A stretch of 64,000 nt of DNA from a virus (taxonomy: Duplodnaviria > Heunggongvirae > Uroviricota > Caudoviricetes). The stretch lies in IMG/VR virus record IMGVR_UViG_3300036766_001364, positions 64,001 to 128,000 of that record; one strand, given 5' to 3'. This document shows, in pieces, positions 52,639 through 63,082 of the stretch; position 1 is the stretch's first letter; the number at the start of each line of letters is the position of its first letter. A program made the translations under genes and the position numbers. The notes under the pieces are model-generated. The model did not search any database and was not told the origin of the DNA. It saw only the letters and a program-made list of their open reading frames with translations.

Positions 52639-55137
52639 ATGCCCCGCCTCGAGAGCTCGAGCAGTCTAAGCGGCACGTCGACGCTCTTGGTGTCGTCGCC
52701 GATCGCCGGTTCGGGACGCGCGCTGATCGTCACGGTCTCTTGTCCGTCGTTCGCGCTTGGGTCGACGCGTTTTGTGTCGGCGATGGACCGCGGAGGAGTC
52801 CCGCTCACGCTGATCGCGATCAGGGACGCCAGCGGGCCATCCGCGAAGGCTCACGTCGAGATATGGGGGCTCAACAACCCGACTGCGGGCGCGGCGACGC
52901 TCACGATCACGCTCGCGGGGACGAGCGCCGCGTCGGTGACGGCGGTCACCTCTGTCTGGACCGGAGTCGATCCGTCGACGCCGTGGGTCGATCCCGAGAC
53001 GTACGCCACGACCGGACCCGGCGCCGGAACGACCGTTGCGACGTCGCAGGGCGACGTGGTGATCCACGCTAAGTCGCAGGGAGTGCCGAGCCTGACCTTC
53101 CCCGAGAGAGCGATCGACAGCGGCGCGTACGTGTCGATGCGCGGGGCCGACGCCACAGACGCGAGCACGACAGTGCTGGGGAATGCCGGGACGTCGTACA
53201 CGGCCGGCGCCGCGATCGCTCTGAAGGCGGCCCCGGGGACGGGACTGACGCCGCTCCTCGTGGGCGCGACGTCGCACGTGGAGACGAGCGCGACGTCGGC
53301 CTCTGTCGCCGCCCCCTTGGGGATCCCAGACGGCGCTCTGGTCGTCTTGGTCGCTGCGCTGTCCCCGGCGACGGGATCTGAGGCGATCGGCCCTCCAGTC
53401 GGGTTCTCGCTCGTGATCGACCAGCTCAGCCCGGGTAGCCTGAGCGTCCAGCGGCTCGTCGTCTACACCAAGACCGCGTTCGGCGAAGCTGGGACGTACG
53501 CCGTCGGCGTGAGCGCCGCGAGGAACATCACGCTCGCGTGCATGGCGTTCGCCGACTGCAACAGCGTCAACGCGATCGCGTTCGGGAGCAGCTATTTCAC
53601 GTCTCTGGCGAACACGAACGCGAGCCTGCTCAACAGCTTTCAAGACGATTACCTCCTCAGCGTCGCGGCGAGGTTCGCGGGTTCCGCATCGGCGCAGGAG
53701 CTCACGCTGCCGGCCGGGTGGAAGCAGCTCTTTGACGCGCAGAGCGCGGCGAACGGACAGGGCCTCGAAGCGTGGGGAGCCCAGCTCTGTACGACCCGCG
53801 TCGGGAACAGTTGGACGTACGTGCCCGGGAGCGGGACGGTCCCGTACAGCGTCGCGTGGTTCGCGCTCTGTCTGTCGACGGGACCGACGCTCAACCCGGC
53901 CGTCGTGGCAGAGATCGGGTCGGCATCGGATCCCGATCTCATCGCATACCCATTCGCGGGCGGGACGCTCGGGGCGACGTATCGCAGCTCGGCGGCGTTC
54001 ATCGCGAATGCGCTGGTGGCCCGGTTCTCCCCGGATGGCCGATGGGTCGCGATTGGGTCACTCACTGCTCCCTATCTCAGGATCTATCCGTGGAACAATG
54101 GTCTCGGCGACAATCTGGTCTCCCCCAGCGCATCGTTAGGCGGTACGGTCCTTGATATAGCGTGGTCGCCTGACGGAAAGTTTATCGTGGCGATCGTCGG
54201 TGGCGCGATCAAGGGTTGGGTATGGACTGGATTCGGGTTCGGCGCGCAGCTCGCAGATCCCCCCGGCACGATCTTCGGCTGCAACTCATTGGCGTTCTCT
54301 CATGACGGACAGGCGCTCGCTGTGTTGGGTAACGCGTCCCCATTCATCCATGCGTGGCATTTCTCGAGCGCTGGATGGGGGGCGAAACACGCTAATCCAA
54401 GCGCGGCGATCGTGGGCACATTTGCGATTCCAAAAGCGATCTCTTTCTCGCCAGACAGCGCTTATCTCGCCGTGCCGATGGCAGACACGCTCTCGTCTGT
54501 CAACGTGTACAATTGGAGCGCATCGGGTGGGTTTGGCGCGAAAGTGACGCTTCCGTCGACGACTCCGACGCAGGCCCGTGCGGCGAGGTGGTCGCCCGAC
54601 GGCAAGGCCATCTTCATAGGATCTGGGGGCGGCCTCCTCTACGCCTGGAAGTGGTCGGCCGGGTTCGGGGCGGCGTTCACGGGCGCGACGGTATCTGGGA
54701 TCATCCAGGACGTCGCGGTGGCCCTGACCAACCAGCACGCGGTGGTCGCGTATGGCACGCCGAGCGCGATCTGCGTCTACGCTATCGACACCGTTGCCGG
54801 CACGATCTCTCTGTCGCAGACGGTGAGCCAGAGCGTGGCCGTCGGTTCGGTCACGGTCGCGCCCGTGACTGGCAACGCGGTCGCGCGAGCGCAGGCCGTC
54901 GAGCCCGTCGAGGCGCGCGGGAGAGTCACCGCGACGGCTCTAGCGCCGATCGAATCGCGGAGCCCGGCGGCGGGTGCGGTGTCGCGCGCGTCGGCGCTGC
55001 TCTTCGAGAGCGCGCGCCGCGTATCGGCCCAGGCAGCAGAGCCGTTCGAGTTCATCCTCAATTCGCGCGTGTCAGACTCGGGTCGCGGCGTCGAAGCTAC
55101 GATGTACATTAACCACATCCTGAGGAGGTTCCCGTGA
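52639..55137 (+). CDS. fibre/receptor-binding protein with beta-propeller and IE-repeat tail
   Basis: FSPDG/WSPDG blades; C-terminal PVEA/PIES repeats. Confidence 0.7.
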   Translation: MPRLESSSSLSGTSTLLVSSPIAGSGRALIVTVSCPSFALGSTRFVSAMDRGGVPLTLIAIRDASGPSAKAHVEIWGLNNPTAGAATLTITLAGTSAASVTAVTSVWTGVDPSTPWVDPETYATTGPGAGTTVATSQGDVVIHAKSQGVPSLTFPERAIDSGAYVSMRGADATDASTTVLGNAGTSYTAGAAIALKAAPGTGLTPLLVGATSHVETSATSASVAAPLGIPDGALVVLVAALSPATGSEAIGPPVGFSLVIDQLSPGSLSVQRLVVYTKTAFGEAGTYAVGVSAARNITLACMAFADCNSVNAIAFGSSYFTSLANTNASLLNSFQDDYLLSVAARFAGSASAQELTLPAGWKQLFDAQSAANGQGLEAWGAQLCTTRVGNSWTYVPGSGTVPYSVAWFALCLSTGPTLNPAVVAEIGSASDPDLIAYPFAGGTLGATYRSSAAFIANALVARFSPDGRWVAIGSLTAPYLRIYPWNNGLGDNLVSPSASLGGTVLDIAWSPDGKFIVAIVGGAIKGWVWTGFGFGAQLADPPGTIFGCNSLAFSHDGQALAVLGNASPFIHAWHFSSAGWGAKHANPSAAIVGTFAIPKAISFSPDSAYLAVPMADTLSSVNVYNWSASGGFGAKVTLPSTTPTQARAARWSPDGKAIFIGSGGGLLYAWKWSAGFGAAFTGATVSGIIQDVAVALTNQHAVVAYGTPSAICVYAIDTVAGTISLSQTVSQSVAVGSVTVAPVTGNAVARAQAVEPVEARGRVTATALAPIESRSPAAGAVSRASALLFESARRVSAQAAEPFEFILNSRVSDSGRGVEATMYINHILRRFP

Positions 55138-58100
55138 GCCTCTCTTCGATCTCGAAGGCGACGTATTTCCCCGCTGGCGCAGCGATGTTCGCGCACCCGA
55201 CGACGCACGAGATCATCGCTGTCTATCAGGCGGGATCGCTCGGAGTCACGGGCCTGGCCTACAGGACGTCGAACGACTTCGGGGCGACGTGGTCGTCCGA
55301 AGCGCAGCTCTCGCCGAGGCAGAACGTGGTCCCTTCGGGCGTCGTCAACCCGGCGACGGGAGACGTCCACCTCGCCTACGGTCAGTACGGAGATCCGTCC
55401 CTGTCGGCGGCGTTCGGCATCTGGGCGCGCTTCCTCGTGTGGAACGGGTCCGGATGGACGATCGGCGGCGAGTTCACGATCGAGGCCGGTGACGGGACAC
55501 AGGGGCTCTCGAATCCGTCGCTGGCGGTCGATCTAAACGGTTTCATCACGGCACTCTACTATCGCAAGACGGCGTCGGCATCGGTCGTCCGCTCGGCCGT
55601 TTCGAACGGACCGTGGGACCTCACAGCGTCCACGACAGCCGACGCCGTCACGCTCGCGCTGGGCGGACCGATCTCGATCTCGACGCGATTCCTCTCCGTC
55701 CTCAACTGGTGGGCGGCGACGTTCCATCAGGACGGCGTGCTCAGGATCACTCGCTCGTCGGCGATCCTGTCGCCGGTGCAGCACGCGCACTCGTGGATCG
55801 CGTCGCAGACGATCTTCTTGCCGACGGCGACCGACGAGATGGACACGTCGTGGAACCCGGCGCCGACGGGGTCTCCCAATGGGCAGCTTGGGATCGCCTA
55901 TCGCAAGGGGACGGCGGGGATCGTCTACAGGACATGGACGGCTTTCACGAACTCCCTGAGCGCCGAGGTCGCGCTGTCGGCGACGGGTCGCTATCCGGCG
56001 ATCGCGAAGTACTTTAAGGACTGGATCGCCGGTTGGTTTGAGCCCGTGTCTGGCGACAAGAACAAGCTCCAGACCGCGTACATGAGCGATCCTGCAACGG
56101 TCTACGGGCTGGACGTCGACCCCGGCTTCGACGGCTGGGGCAACTTGCGGATGCCACTGGACGTCGAGGGTTTTGAGATCCTGCTGTTTCAGTGGTCTGA
56201 CACGGCCGATCCGGGCGTCGACGGGTACACGGTCTATCTGGCGTCTGTGGCGGTCGCCATCTTCAAAGACGTCGTCGACGCGGCTCGCGCGACGGAGTCG
56301 TTCGTTCAGGGCCCATTTGTGTCTGATTCTGCGACGGGCACCGACAGCGTTGTTCAGGCGGGGATCGTCGGCGTCCCGATCTCGGTGTCCGATTCAGCGC
56401 TTGCCGTCGAATCGCTCGTCGTCGGGCCAGACGTGTTCGACACCGCTACGGGTGTCGAGGACCTGACTCAATTCGCGATCCGATTGGCCGTGCCCGACTC
56501 GGCGTCTGCCATCGAGACGATCTCGCTCGTCGCCGACATCGCTGTGGACGACGTGGCGACGGCGGTCGACACGGCGCTGGCGAACGTGCCCGTCTCCGTC
56601 ACCGACGCGGCGGCGGCGACCGAATCGATCTCGATGAAGACGGCGCTCATCGACGCCCTAGCGTCGCCCGTCGAATCTGTGGAGATCGGTCTTCACGTCA
56701 GCGAGACGGCGACTGGCTTCGAGTCTATCGTCTCTGGCCCAGACGTCGCCGATTCTGTTGCAGCGATGGAGGGTCTCGCGATCGGTGTATCTGTCGCTGA
56801 CACGGCGTCTGCGACGGAGTCGTTCGGCAACCTCGCGGTCGACAGGATGCGTCGCGCGATCGCCGTCGCGACGAACTCTGTCGAGGTGTATCCCGGCTAT
56901 AAGAACGGGTGGACGCGCCGCGGACGGGCGCAGTTCGAGGCGGAGCCGCATTCTCGGATGTTCACGTTTGAAGACGTCGATCAGTCGTACGCGGGGATCG
57001 TCTTCATCTGCACGCCCGAGACGCTGTCCGCCTGGAAGAGGATGCAGCGGAGCGTCAACGGCGGAGTCACGTTTTCGCCAGTCGGGCCTCCGCAGATGGC
57101 GTGCGTCGCGCGCGGCGCCGACGGGGCGCTCTGGGGGGTCGGAAACGACGGGAGCAGGCCCGTCAATACCCCCCAGCCGCCGATCGCCGCGGCCGACGGG
57201 ACGGGGGTCATGGGATGGGCAGTGACGCAGCGACAGATCTTCCGTTCAGACGACAGGGGGTTGAACTGGATACGGGTCTACGACGACGCTGATTACGGCA
57301 ATCAGGGGCGCTTCCCGTCGTACGTCCACGTTGCCGCCGATCCGTCAGACCAGAACCGCATCATGGCCTTTGGGGTCGCGCGCGGGTCGGCGTTCCTCGA
57401 CGACGTGCAGATCGCTGCGTCCGTGGACCGTGGCCGGACGTGGACGGTCGCACGGCCGTCTGTGTCGCAGCTGTCGAACTTTCCAGTCTTTGAGTGGGCG
57501 CTCCATTCTGATTCGATCCTGACGGCGCTCGCCGGCGGTCGATTCATGCTCGGGTGCACGACGACCAAGCTTCTCAGAGGGCAGGACCTCGCTTTTTTGG
57601 GCGTAGTCGCCTGGCAGAGTCCGTTCTCATTCGCCGGGTTCGACCAGAACCATTCGACTGCGTTCTGGTCGACGACGTACGCGACGGGCGACATCTGCGA
57701 CGCGTCCGAGTTGGCGGATGGGTCTGTCTACGCGATCACAGACGTGGGGTTCTTGGTGAGCGTCCGCAGCGGAGTGTTCCTGAACGTCGGGAGGTCGCTG
57801 CGCGCGATCGCTTCTGACGGGACGAACGTCTTCGTCGGCTCGTCCGTCGGTGGGCCGCCGACCATCTACGCGTTCGATTCGGGCTTCCACCTCCTGTCGT
57901 CTCTGCCGTTAGACGCGGGTGACTCGGGGATCGTCTCGATGGCCTACGCCTCGGGCAGCCTGTACGCCTCGGTAGGCAACTCACCGGCGCGGCTCGTCCG
58001 CATCGACGTGAGCGACCCGCACAGCATGTCTCGCGTGGGCGCGTTCGACCTGGGAGCGGGCGAAGTCGACCTCCGAGGGCTCACGCTCGGGATCGACGGC

Positions 58101-59354
58101 TTCGTCTACGGCGTGATCTCGAGCAGCCCGGCGCGCGTCTTCCAGTTCGACGTCAGCGGCGCGGTCCCGGCGATCAGTTCGCAAGCGGACGGCGATGCGG
58201 GTGAGAACGTAGGCATCGACCTCGCCGTCCAAGGATCGAACGTGTACGCTCTGGTCAATGGGAGCGTCGTACAGTTCGTCGCGGCTGGTCCGACGATCGC
58301 CCGCTTTCAGGCGACGACCTTCTCGGGGATTGGGGTCGGAGTCGGCGCGTTCGGCCAGTTCGTGGCGGTCCTACAGAGCGTCGGCGGGCGCAGCGTCCTC
58401 TCAAAATATGACTCGCTCTCGGCCCTGGCGCTCATCGTCAGCGCCGACGTCGGGCCGAACCCGTTCAGCATATATGTGTCGGCGGCGGGCAGCGCATACA
58501 TCGGCGTCCTTGAGTCGTTCTCGGTCGCGGGGACGTCGCCGGCTGGGGCGACTTTCCCGACCACGTACACGACACGGGCGCAGATCTCGGCGTACATCGT
58601 CTACGCGATCTCTGGTTCATCGGCTGGGAACCATCAACTCGGTCCGACGGCGATCCTGATAACTGACGATATGGGCATCGCGTGGCTGGCGAGATGGGTC
58701 GACGGTTCGTTCGTCGGGCAGGACGTCGCGCCGTTCGTGGACGCCGCATTCAGAGGATCGAAAGCGTTCGCAGTCCGCAACGACATGGGAGACGCTGGGC
58801 TCGGGCAGCGCGCCCTGTTCAGCGTCGACAACGGGATGACGTGGGATTACGTGCCCGATATTGGCCAGGTGGGTGACCCGACAGCCCCCAGCGCATACGC
58901 GGCGGTGGCCTATGATTTCAAAGCGAAGACGCTCTACATCGGGACGCTCACGGGCGGGACATCGGTGTTCATGATGGATGATCCGTCGTCAGGCCGATGG
59001 GTCGACGTCACAGATAACCTCGCCGACGCCGCCGGCGACGCGACGCCGCAGGTCTCATTCCGTGGTCTCGGGATCCTGTCAGACGTCCTCTCGGTCATCG
59101 ACCCCGAGGTCTCTGACGCTGCGACGGCGGTCGAATCGCTGTCGGTCGACGTGCGTGTCGCCGATGGTTTCACGGGGCTGGACTTCGCCGGGGTCGCCAT
59201 GATCGCGCTCGACGCAGCGACGGCCACCGAGAGCTTCAAGATCGACATACGGACTGGGCTCACTGTGCGCCTCGTCATGTCGCGCGGCGGCCGTACGATC
59301 CTCAGGGTCTCTGGGGCGCGCGAACCGGCGGTCATAGCGAACCCAAATGGATAG
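55134..59354 (+). CDS. large virion protein with SD-A-A-E repeats and Asp-box (BNR) repeats
   Basis: V(S/P)DSATAxE repeats; SNDFGATW, SDDRGLNW, SVDRGRTW, SVDNGMTW. Confidence 0.7.
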   Translation: MSLSSISKATYFPAGAAMFAHPTTHEIIAVYQAGSLGVTGLAYRTSNDFGATWSSEAQLSPRQNVVPSGVVNPATGDVHLAYGQYGDPSLSAAFGIWARFLVWNGSGWTIGGEFTIEAGDGTQGLSNPSLAVDLNGFITALYYRKTASASVVRSAVSNGPWDLTASTTADAVTLALGGPISISTRFLSVLNWWAATFHQDGVLRITRSSAILSPVQHAHSWIASQTIFLPTATDEMDTSWNPAPTGSPNGQLGIAYRKGTAGIVYRTWTAFTNSLSAEVALSATGRYPAIAKYFKDWIAGWFEPVSGDKNKLQTAYMSDPATVYGLDVDPGFDGWGNLRMPLDVEGFEILLFQWSDTADPGVDGYTVYLASVAVAIFKDVVDAARATESFVQGPFVSDSATGTDSVVQAGIVGVPISVSDSALAVESLVVGPDVFDTATGVEDLTQFAIRLAVPDSASAIETISLVADIAVDDVATAVDTALANVPVSVTDAAAATESISMKTALIDALASPVESVEIGLHVSETATGFESIVSGPDVADSVAAMEGLAIGVSVADTASATESFGNLAVDRMRRAIAVATNSVEVYPGYKNGWTRRGRAQFEAEPHSRMFTFEDVDQSYAGIVFICTPETLSAWKRMQRSVNGGVTFSPVGPPQMACVARGADGALWGVGNDGSRPVNTPQPPIAAADGTGVMGWAVTQRQIFRSDDRGLNWIRVYDDADYGNQGRFPSYVHVAADPSDQNRIMAFGVARGSAFLDDVQIAASVDRGRTWTVARPSVSQLSNFPVFEWALHSDSILTALAGGRFMLGCTTTKLLRGQDLAFLGVVAWQSPFSFAGFDQNHSTAFWSTTYATGDICDASELADGSVYAITDVGFLVSVRSGVFLNVGRSLRAIASDGTNVFVGSSVGGPPTIYAFDSGFHLLSSLPLDAGDSGIVSMAYASGSLYASVGNSPARLVRIDVSDPHSMSRVGAFDLGAGEVDLRGLTLGIDGFVYGVISSSPARVFQFDVSGAVPAISSQADGDAGENVGIDLAVQGSNVYALVNGSVVQFVAAGPTIARFQATTFSGIGVGVGAFGQFVAVLQSVGGRSVLSKYDSLSALALIVSADVGPNPFSIYVSAAGSAYIGVLESFSVAGTSPAGATFPTTYTTRAQISAYIVYAISGSSAGNHQLGPTAILITDDMGIAWLARWVDGSFVGQDVAPFVDAAFRGSKAFAVRNDMGDAGLGQRALFSVDNGMTWDYVPDIGQVGDPTAPSAYAAVAYDFKAKTLYIGTLTGGTSVFMMDDPSSGRWVDVTDNLADAAGDATPQVSFRGLGILSDVLSVIDPEVSDAATAVESLSVDVRVADGFTGLDFAGVAMIALDAATATESFKIDIRTGLTVRLVMSRGGRTILRVSGAREPAVIANPNG

Positions 59355-59363
59355 GAGGAGCGC

Positions 59364-59729
59364 GTGAACACGGTCGCTGAACTCGTCGAGATCGGTCCAT
59401 TCTTCGCGGGGAACACGGGGCCATCGCTGGATTTCATCCTGACGTGGGACACGGGCGGATACGTAGACCTGACAGAAGCGGACGTGCAGGCGTTGATCAG
59501 GCGTTGGGACCCGCGGCGCAAGGTGCCGATCGGTCCCGCGGTGACCAGCGGCCCGTGTGACATCGCGTCAGCGAAAGGCGGAGAAGTGACCTACGAATGG
59601 ACCGACGGAGATCCGATCGATACCGTGCCGATCGACCCGGGATGGTACTACGTGCAGATCGAGGTGACCGACAACCGCGGAAGGCTTCAGCTCGGTCAGC
59701 GCGCGATCTTCGAGGTCCTGCCGTCGTGA
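59364..59729 (+). CDS. BppU-N-like adaptor protein (second)
   Basis: VDLTEADV, GEVTYEW, PGWYYVQIEV; GGAGGAG RBS. Confidence 0.6.
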   Translation: MNTVAELVEIGPFFAGNTGPSLDFILTWDTGGYVDLTEADVQALIRRWDPRRKVPIGPAVTSGPCDIASAKGGEVTYEWTDGDPIDTVPIDPGWYYVQIEVTDNRGRLQLGQRAIFEVLPS

Positions 59730-59832
59730 CGCCGGTCGCTTCGCTCTGGGGTTTCATACACTCTAGCGAGTGATCTAGGATGCTGAGGATACGCGTCGGT
59801 CCATCCGGCGTAGACCATCCAGGAGCATCTGC

Positions 59833-60687
59833 GTGGGCAGTCGGAAGCCAAGCGGTCTTATCAAGCTCGCTGAGAACCCTGACGACGAAGAATACTTCGA
59901 CGACGATGACGGGTACGGGGACGGCGACGAGCTCGGCGACGACGGCGGAGACGCCGAAGGGGAGATGGAAGACACCGAGATGAAGGGCCGTCGGGTCGTG
60001 GGACCCCGGACCAAGCTCGCGTCTGCCGATCGCCTCGGTCGCATCGAGAACTCGGTCAGTTCGCTCGCGAAGGCGGTGAACGCGATCGCTCGCGTCCAGA
60101 AGGCCATCATCGAGAAGGACATGGACGAAGACGACGTCGACGGCCTTGACGGGTACGAGGACGACGATGACGACGATGACGACGGAGACGGTGGCGGCGG
60201 CGACGAGTCGCGGCTCGACATGAACCGAAACGTCAAGAAGGCCAAGATGAAGAAGGCCAAGACCAAGGCGTCTTCCACGGTCGCGAAGGACGACGCCGCG
60301 TCGTCGTTCGGCGAGAAGGACGACGACACGCCAGGGAACCGCCCGTTCGACCAGACCGGCGTCGGCGACGACGACACGGTCATCCAGGGCGGACCGGGCG
60401 CGGGCCCGGGCCCGATCAGCAAGTCGCGCGAGGCTTACGTGACGCGAAACGAGATGCGCTCGATGATCAGGAACGCGGTGCGCGAGTCGCTCGGCGCTGC
60501 CGGACTGACGGCCATCCACAAGGCCGACGGCCCCATGATCGACGGACCCTCGTCCAAGATCGACAAGTCCGCAGAGCCGGTCGACCTGAGCGACCTGTTC
60601 GTCCAGATGAAGGATCGCTCCTTCAAGCAGATCAACTCCATCCGCGAGGAGATCGGGGATCTGCCGCGCGGCTGGTCGATGCAGTAG
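59833..60687 (+). CDS. capsid scaffold-like protein
   Basis: Very acidic, coiled segment, directly upstream of MCP, xxK-S/A motifs. Confidence 0.7.
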   Translation: MGSRKPSGLIKLAENPDDEEYFDDDDGYGDGDELGDDGGDAEGEMEDTEMKGRRVVGPRTKLASADRLGRIENSVSSLAKAVNAIARVQKAIIEKDMDEDDVDGLDGYEDDDDDDDDGDGGGGDESRLDMNRNVKKAKMKKAKTKASSTVAKDDAASSFGEKDDDTPGNRPFDQTGVGDDDTVIQGGPGAGPGPISKSREAYVTRNEMRSMIRNAVRESLGAAGLTAIHKADGPMIDGPSSKIDKSAEPVDLSDLFVQMKDRSFKQINSIREEIGDLPRGWSMQ

Positions 60688-60728
60688 GCACGGGCCAAAG
60701 ACACCGAGGCAGGAGAAGGCACGACTCA

Positions 60729-62153
60729 ATGACAACGAAGCTTCCGCTTTCCACGATCAGCAAGTCCGCGATGAGCGGCACCGGCGTCTACCAGCCGAGG
60801 AGCATCCTCGACTGGCTGCAGCGGATGCCGGGCGGCGGGCCCGCTGCGGACCTCAACTACGGGTACTTCGGGCCGCAGAGCTCGATCATCCGCAAGGACA
60901 TCACCACGGCCGGCGACACGTTCGTCGGCACAGACTTCTTCACGAACACCTTCGGGGCGAAGGTGTGGGACTCGCTCAACAGCCAGACCCGCCTGTTCAA
61001 CCTGATCAGGAAGGTGGCATGGGGGAACACCACCGGCTACCGTATTCGGTCTGGCCGCAACACGTCGACGCAGCCGGTCTCTGAGACCGCGGCGCTGCCG
61101 ACGATCGACAAGCCCGACCTCCAGACGATCTTCGTGCAGCCCGGGTTCATCGTCACCTCGCTCGGCGTGAGCGCGCTGGCGCAGTTCCTTGGCACCCTCG
61201 AAGGCGGCATCGGAGACGCGCTCGCCGTCGCCCAGGAATCGGCGATGATCGACCACGTCAAGCGCATCAACCAGATGCTCACGGCGTCGAACAACCAGCG
61301 CGTCGTCGCCGGCGCTTCTGGCAACAGCAACGTGACCGTCGTCGACGCGACGTGGGCGTCGGTCGGAGACGTCTTCCGCGAAGCCGGACAGTCGCAGGAC
61401 ATCGTCTGCACGGTCGGCGGCCTCGCGCTCACTCTCCAGTTCGACCAGACGACGACGACCGACAGGATCCTGTACACCAGGTCCCGCGCCGGCATCTACT
61501 CGGTCGACGACGTCGTCCAGCAGACGGGGCTCCACATCAACGGTTCGACGTTCTCGGGCGCCGAGGCCGGCGGGTACGGCAACCTCGTCGTCGCCGACCG
61601 CGACCCGCTTGCGTGGAACGCGGGCAACGTGTTTGAGTCGGGAGACGCGTCGCTTCGGCACCTCTCGACGGGCATGATCGACCAGGCGATCGACACGGTC
61701 CGCCGCAACGGCGGCGAGCCAGACCTGATCGCCACGGGGATCGAGCAGCTCACGCGGCTCGGGACGATCCTGCAGGCCAACCAGCACTTCATCGGCGAAG
61801 GCACATTCCAGGTGAAGCAGGGCGGCGAGGGCACGCTCCTCGGTTACCCGACGGGCTTCCAGGTCGCCACGTACAAGGGCATCCCCTGCTGGCACGACTT
61901 CGACATCGCCACCAGCTACCAGCAGGCGGCAACGGGCGACGCCAAGCGCGGCGCCAACGCCTACGTCCTCGACACCCGATTCATCGAGATGCCGGTGCTC
62001 TTCACGACCCAGTACCTCGAGAGCCGCGACTACCTGCAGAACAATATGCTAGGCGTGAAGGGAATTTTCCTCACGGCCCTACAGACAAGGTGTTACGATT
62101 TTCGCAAGCAGTCGAAAATCTCCGATTTGAGTGACGGAATCAATCTCACGTAG
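60729..62153 (+). CDS. major capsid protein
   Basis: After scaffold; FGAKVWDSLN, HVKRINQML, MIDQAI...GGEPDLIAT, VATYKGIP, YVLDT (HK97-fold pattern). Confidence 0.85.
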   Translation: MTTKLPLSTISKSAMSGTGVYQPRSILDWLQRMPGGGPAADLNYGYFGPQSSIIRKDITTAGDTFVGTDFFTNTFGAKVWDSLNSQTRLFNLIRKVAWGNTTGYRIRSGRNTSTQPVSETAALPTIDKPDLQTIFVQPGFIVTSLGVSALAQFLGTLEGGIGDALAVAQESAMIDHVKRINQMLTASNNQRVVAGASGNSNVTVVDATWASVGDVFREAGQSQDIVCTVGGLALTLQFDQTTTTDRILYTRSRAGIYSVDDVVQQTGLHINGSTFSGAEAGGYGNLVVADRDPLAWNAGNVFESGDASLRHLSTGMIDQAIDTVRRNGGEPDLIATGIEQLTRLGTILQANQHFIGEGTFQVKQGGEGTLLGYPTGFQVATYKGIPCWHDFDIATSYQQAATGDAKRGANAYVLDTRFIEMPVLFTTQYLESRDYLQNNMLGVKGIFLTALQTRCYDFRKQSKISDLSDGINLT

Positions 62154-62212
62154 CAATACGCGAACAACAGTCACCCTTAGAGGGCGCCAGAAACGGCGCC
62201 CTCTTCCGTTGT

Positions 62213-63082
62213 ATGATGGCATTGATGACGCGCGAGGACGGTCGGTTCGAGAAGGGCCACAAGGCCGGTCCTGGTTGGAAGAGGAATGTCGGTCATGGAT
62301 GGACTGACGAGGATCGCGCCAAGCGAAAGAATCCAGGTGGACGCGGATTTAAGCACACGCCCGAAGCGAAGGCGAAGATCTCCCGGGCGTCGCGCGAACG
62401 AGCCCAGGATCCGGAGTACAGAGAGCGCCACGGCGTCGCACTGAAGAAGGCGTGGGAGACGCGCGATCGGACAGTCTCCGAGGAGACGCGCCAGAAGCTG
62501 CGGGCCAGCCGGCTCGGCAAGATCCCGGCCAACAAGAGGGGCCGTGAGGCGGAATGCGCCAGGTCAGGATGTACTAATATCATCTGGATATCGCCGTCGC
62601 GCGAGGGCACGAAGCGACACTGTTCGACGCCTTGCGCTCTCTCGGATCGCGCCCCTGAGATTGTGTCGAGCACGATCGGCAAGATGCACGCTGCCCTCCA
62701 GGACGGTCGGCTGATCAGCGACCCAGAGCTGCGCCTGGGAGCGTTCCTCCTCGTCTGCGGGTTCGACGTCCACGGGCAGCGCGAGGTCGGCGCGTATCGC
62801 GCGGACTGGCTTGACGACGAGAACGGCCTCGATTGGGAATGCGACGAGCCGTACTGGCATTCGCGGCCTGAGGTGATGAAGAGGGCCGCGAACCGCTCAT
62901 ACGCCTTCCGTCGCGCGGGCTACGCTCGGATCGGACTCGAGCCGTCAGAGATCCCCTCGTGGGACGACATAAGTGATATTGCCACCTTCTCATCCGGCAT
63001 GATGCTCTGCGCTGATGAAGGCGAGACCGTCTGCGACTGCTCGCCACGCTCTCGGCTCTCGCGTGATAAAATACGAGCATGA
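62213..63082 (+). CDS. homing-type endonuclease (NUMOD3 plus Vsr/DUF559-like)
   Basis: FKHTPEAKAKIS; HCSTPC; SDPELRL...EVGAYRADW...ECDEPYWH. Confidence 0.75.
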   Translation: MMALMTREDGRFEKGHKAGPGWKRNVGHGWTDEDRAKRKNPGGRGFKHTPEAKAKISRASRERAQDPEYRERHGVALKKAWETRDRTVSEETRQKLRASRLGKIPANKRGREAECARSGCTNIIWISPSREGTKRHCSTPCALSDRAPEIVSSTIGKMHAALQDGRLISDPELRLGAFLLVCGFDVHGQREVGAYRADWLDDENGLDWECDEPYWHSRPEVMKRAANRSYAFRRAGYARIGLEPSEIPSWDDISDIATFSSGMMLCADEGETVCDCSPRSRLSRDKIRA

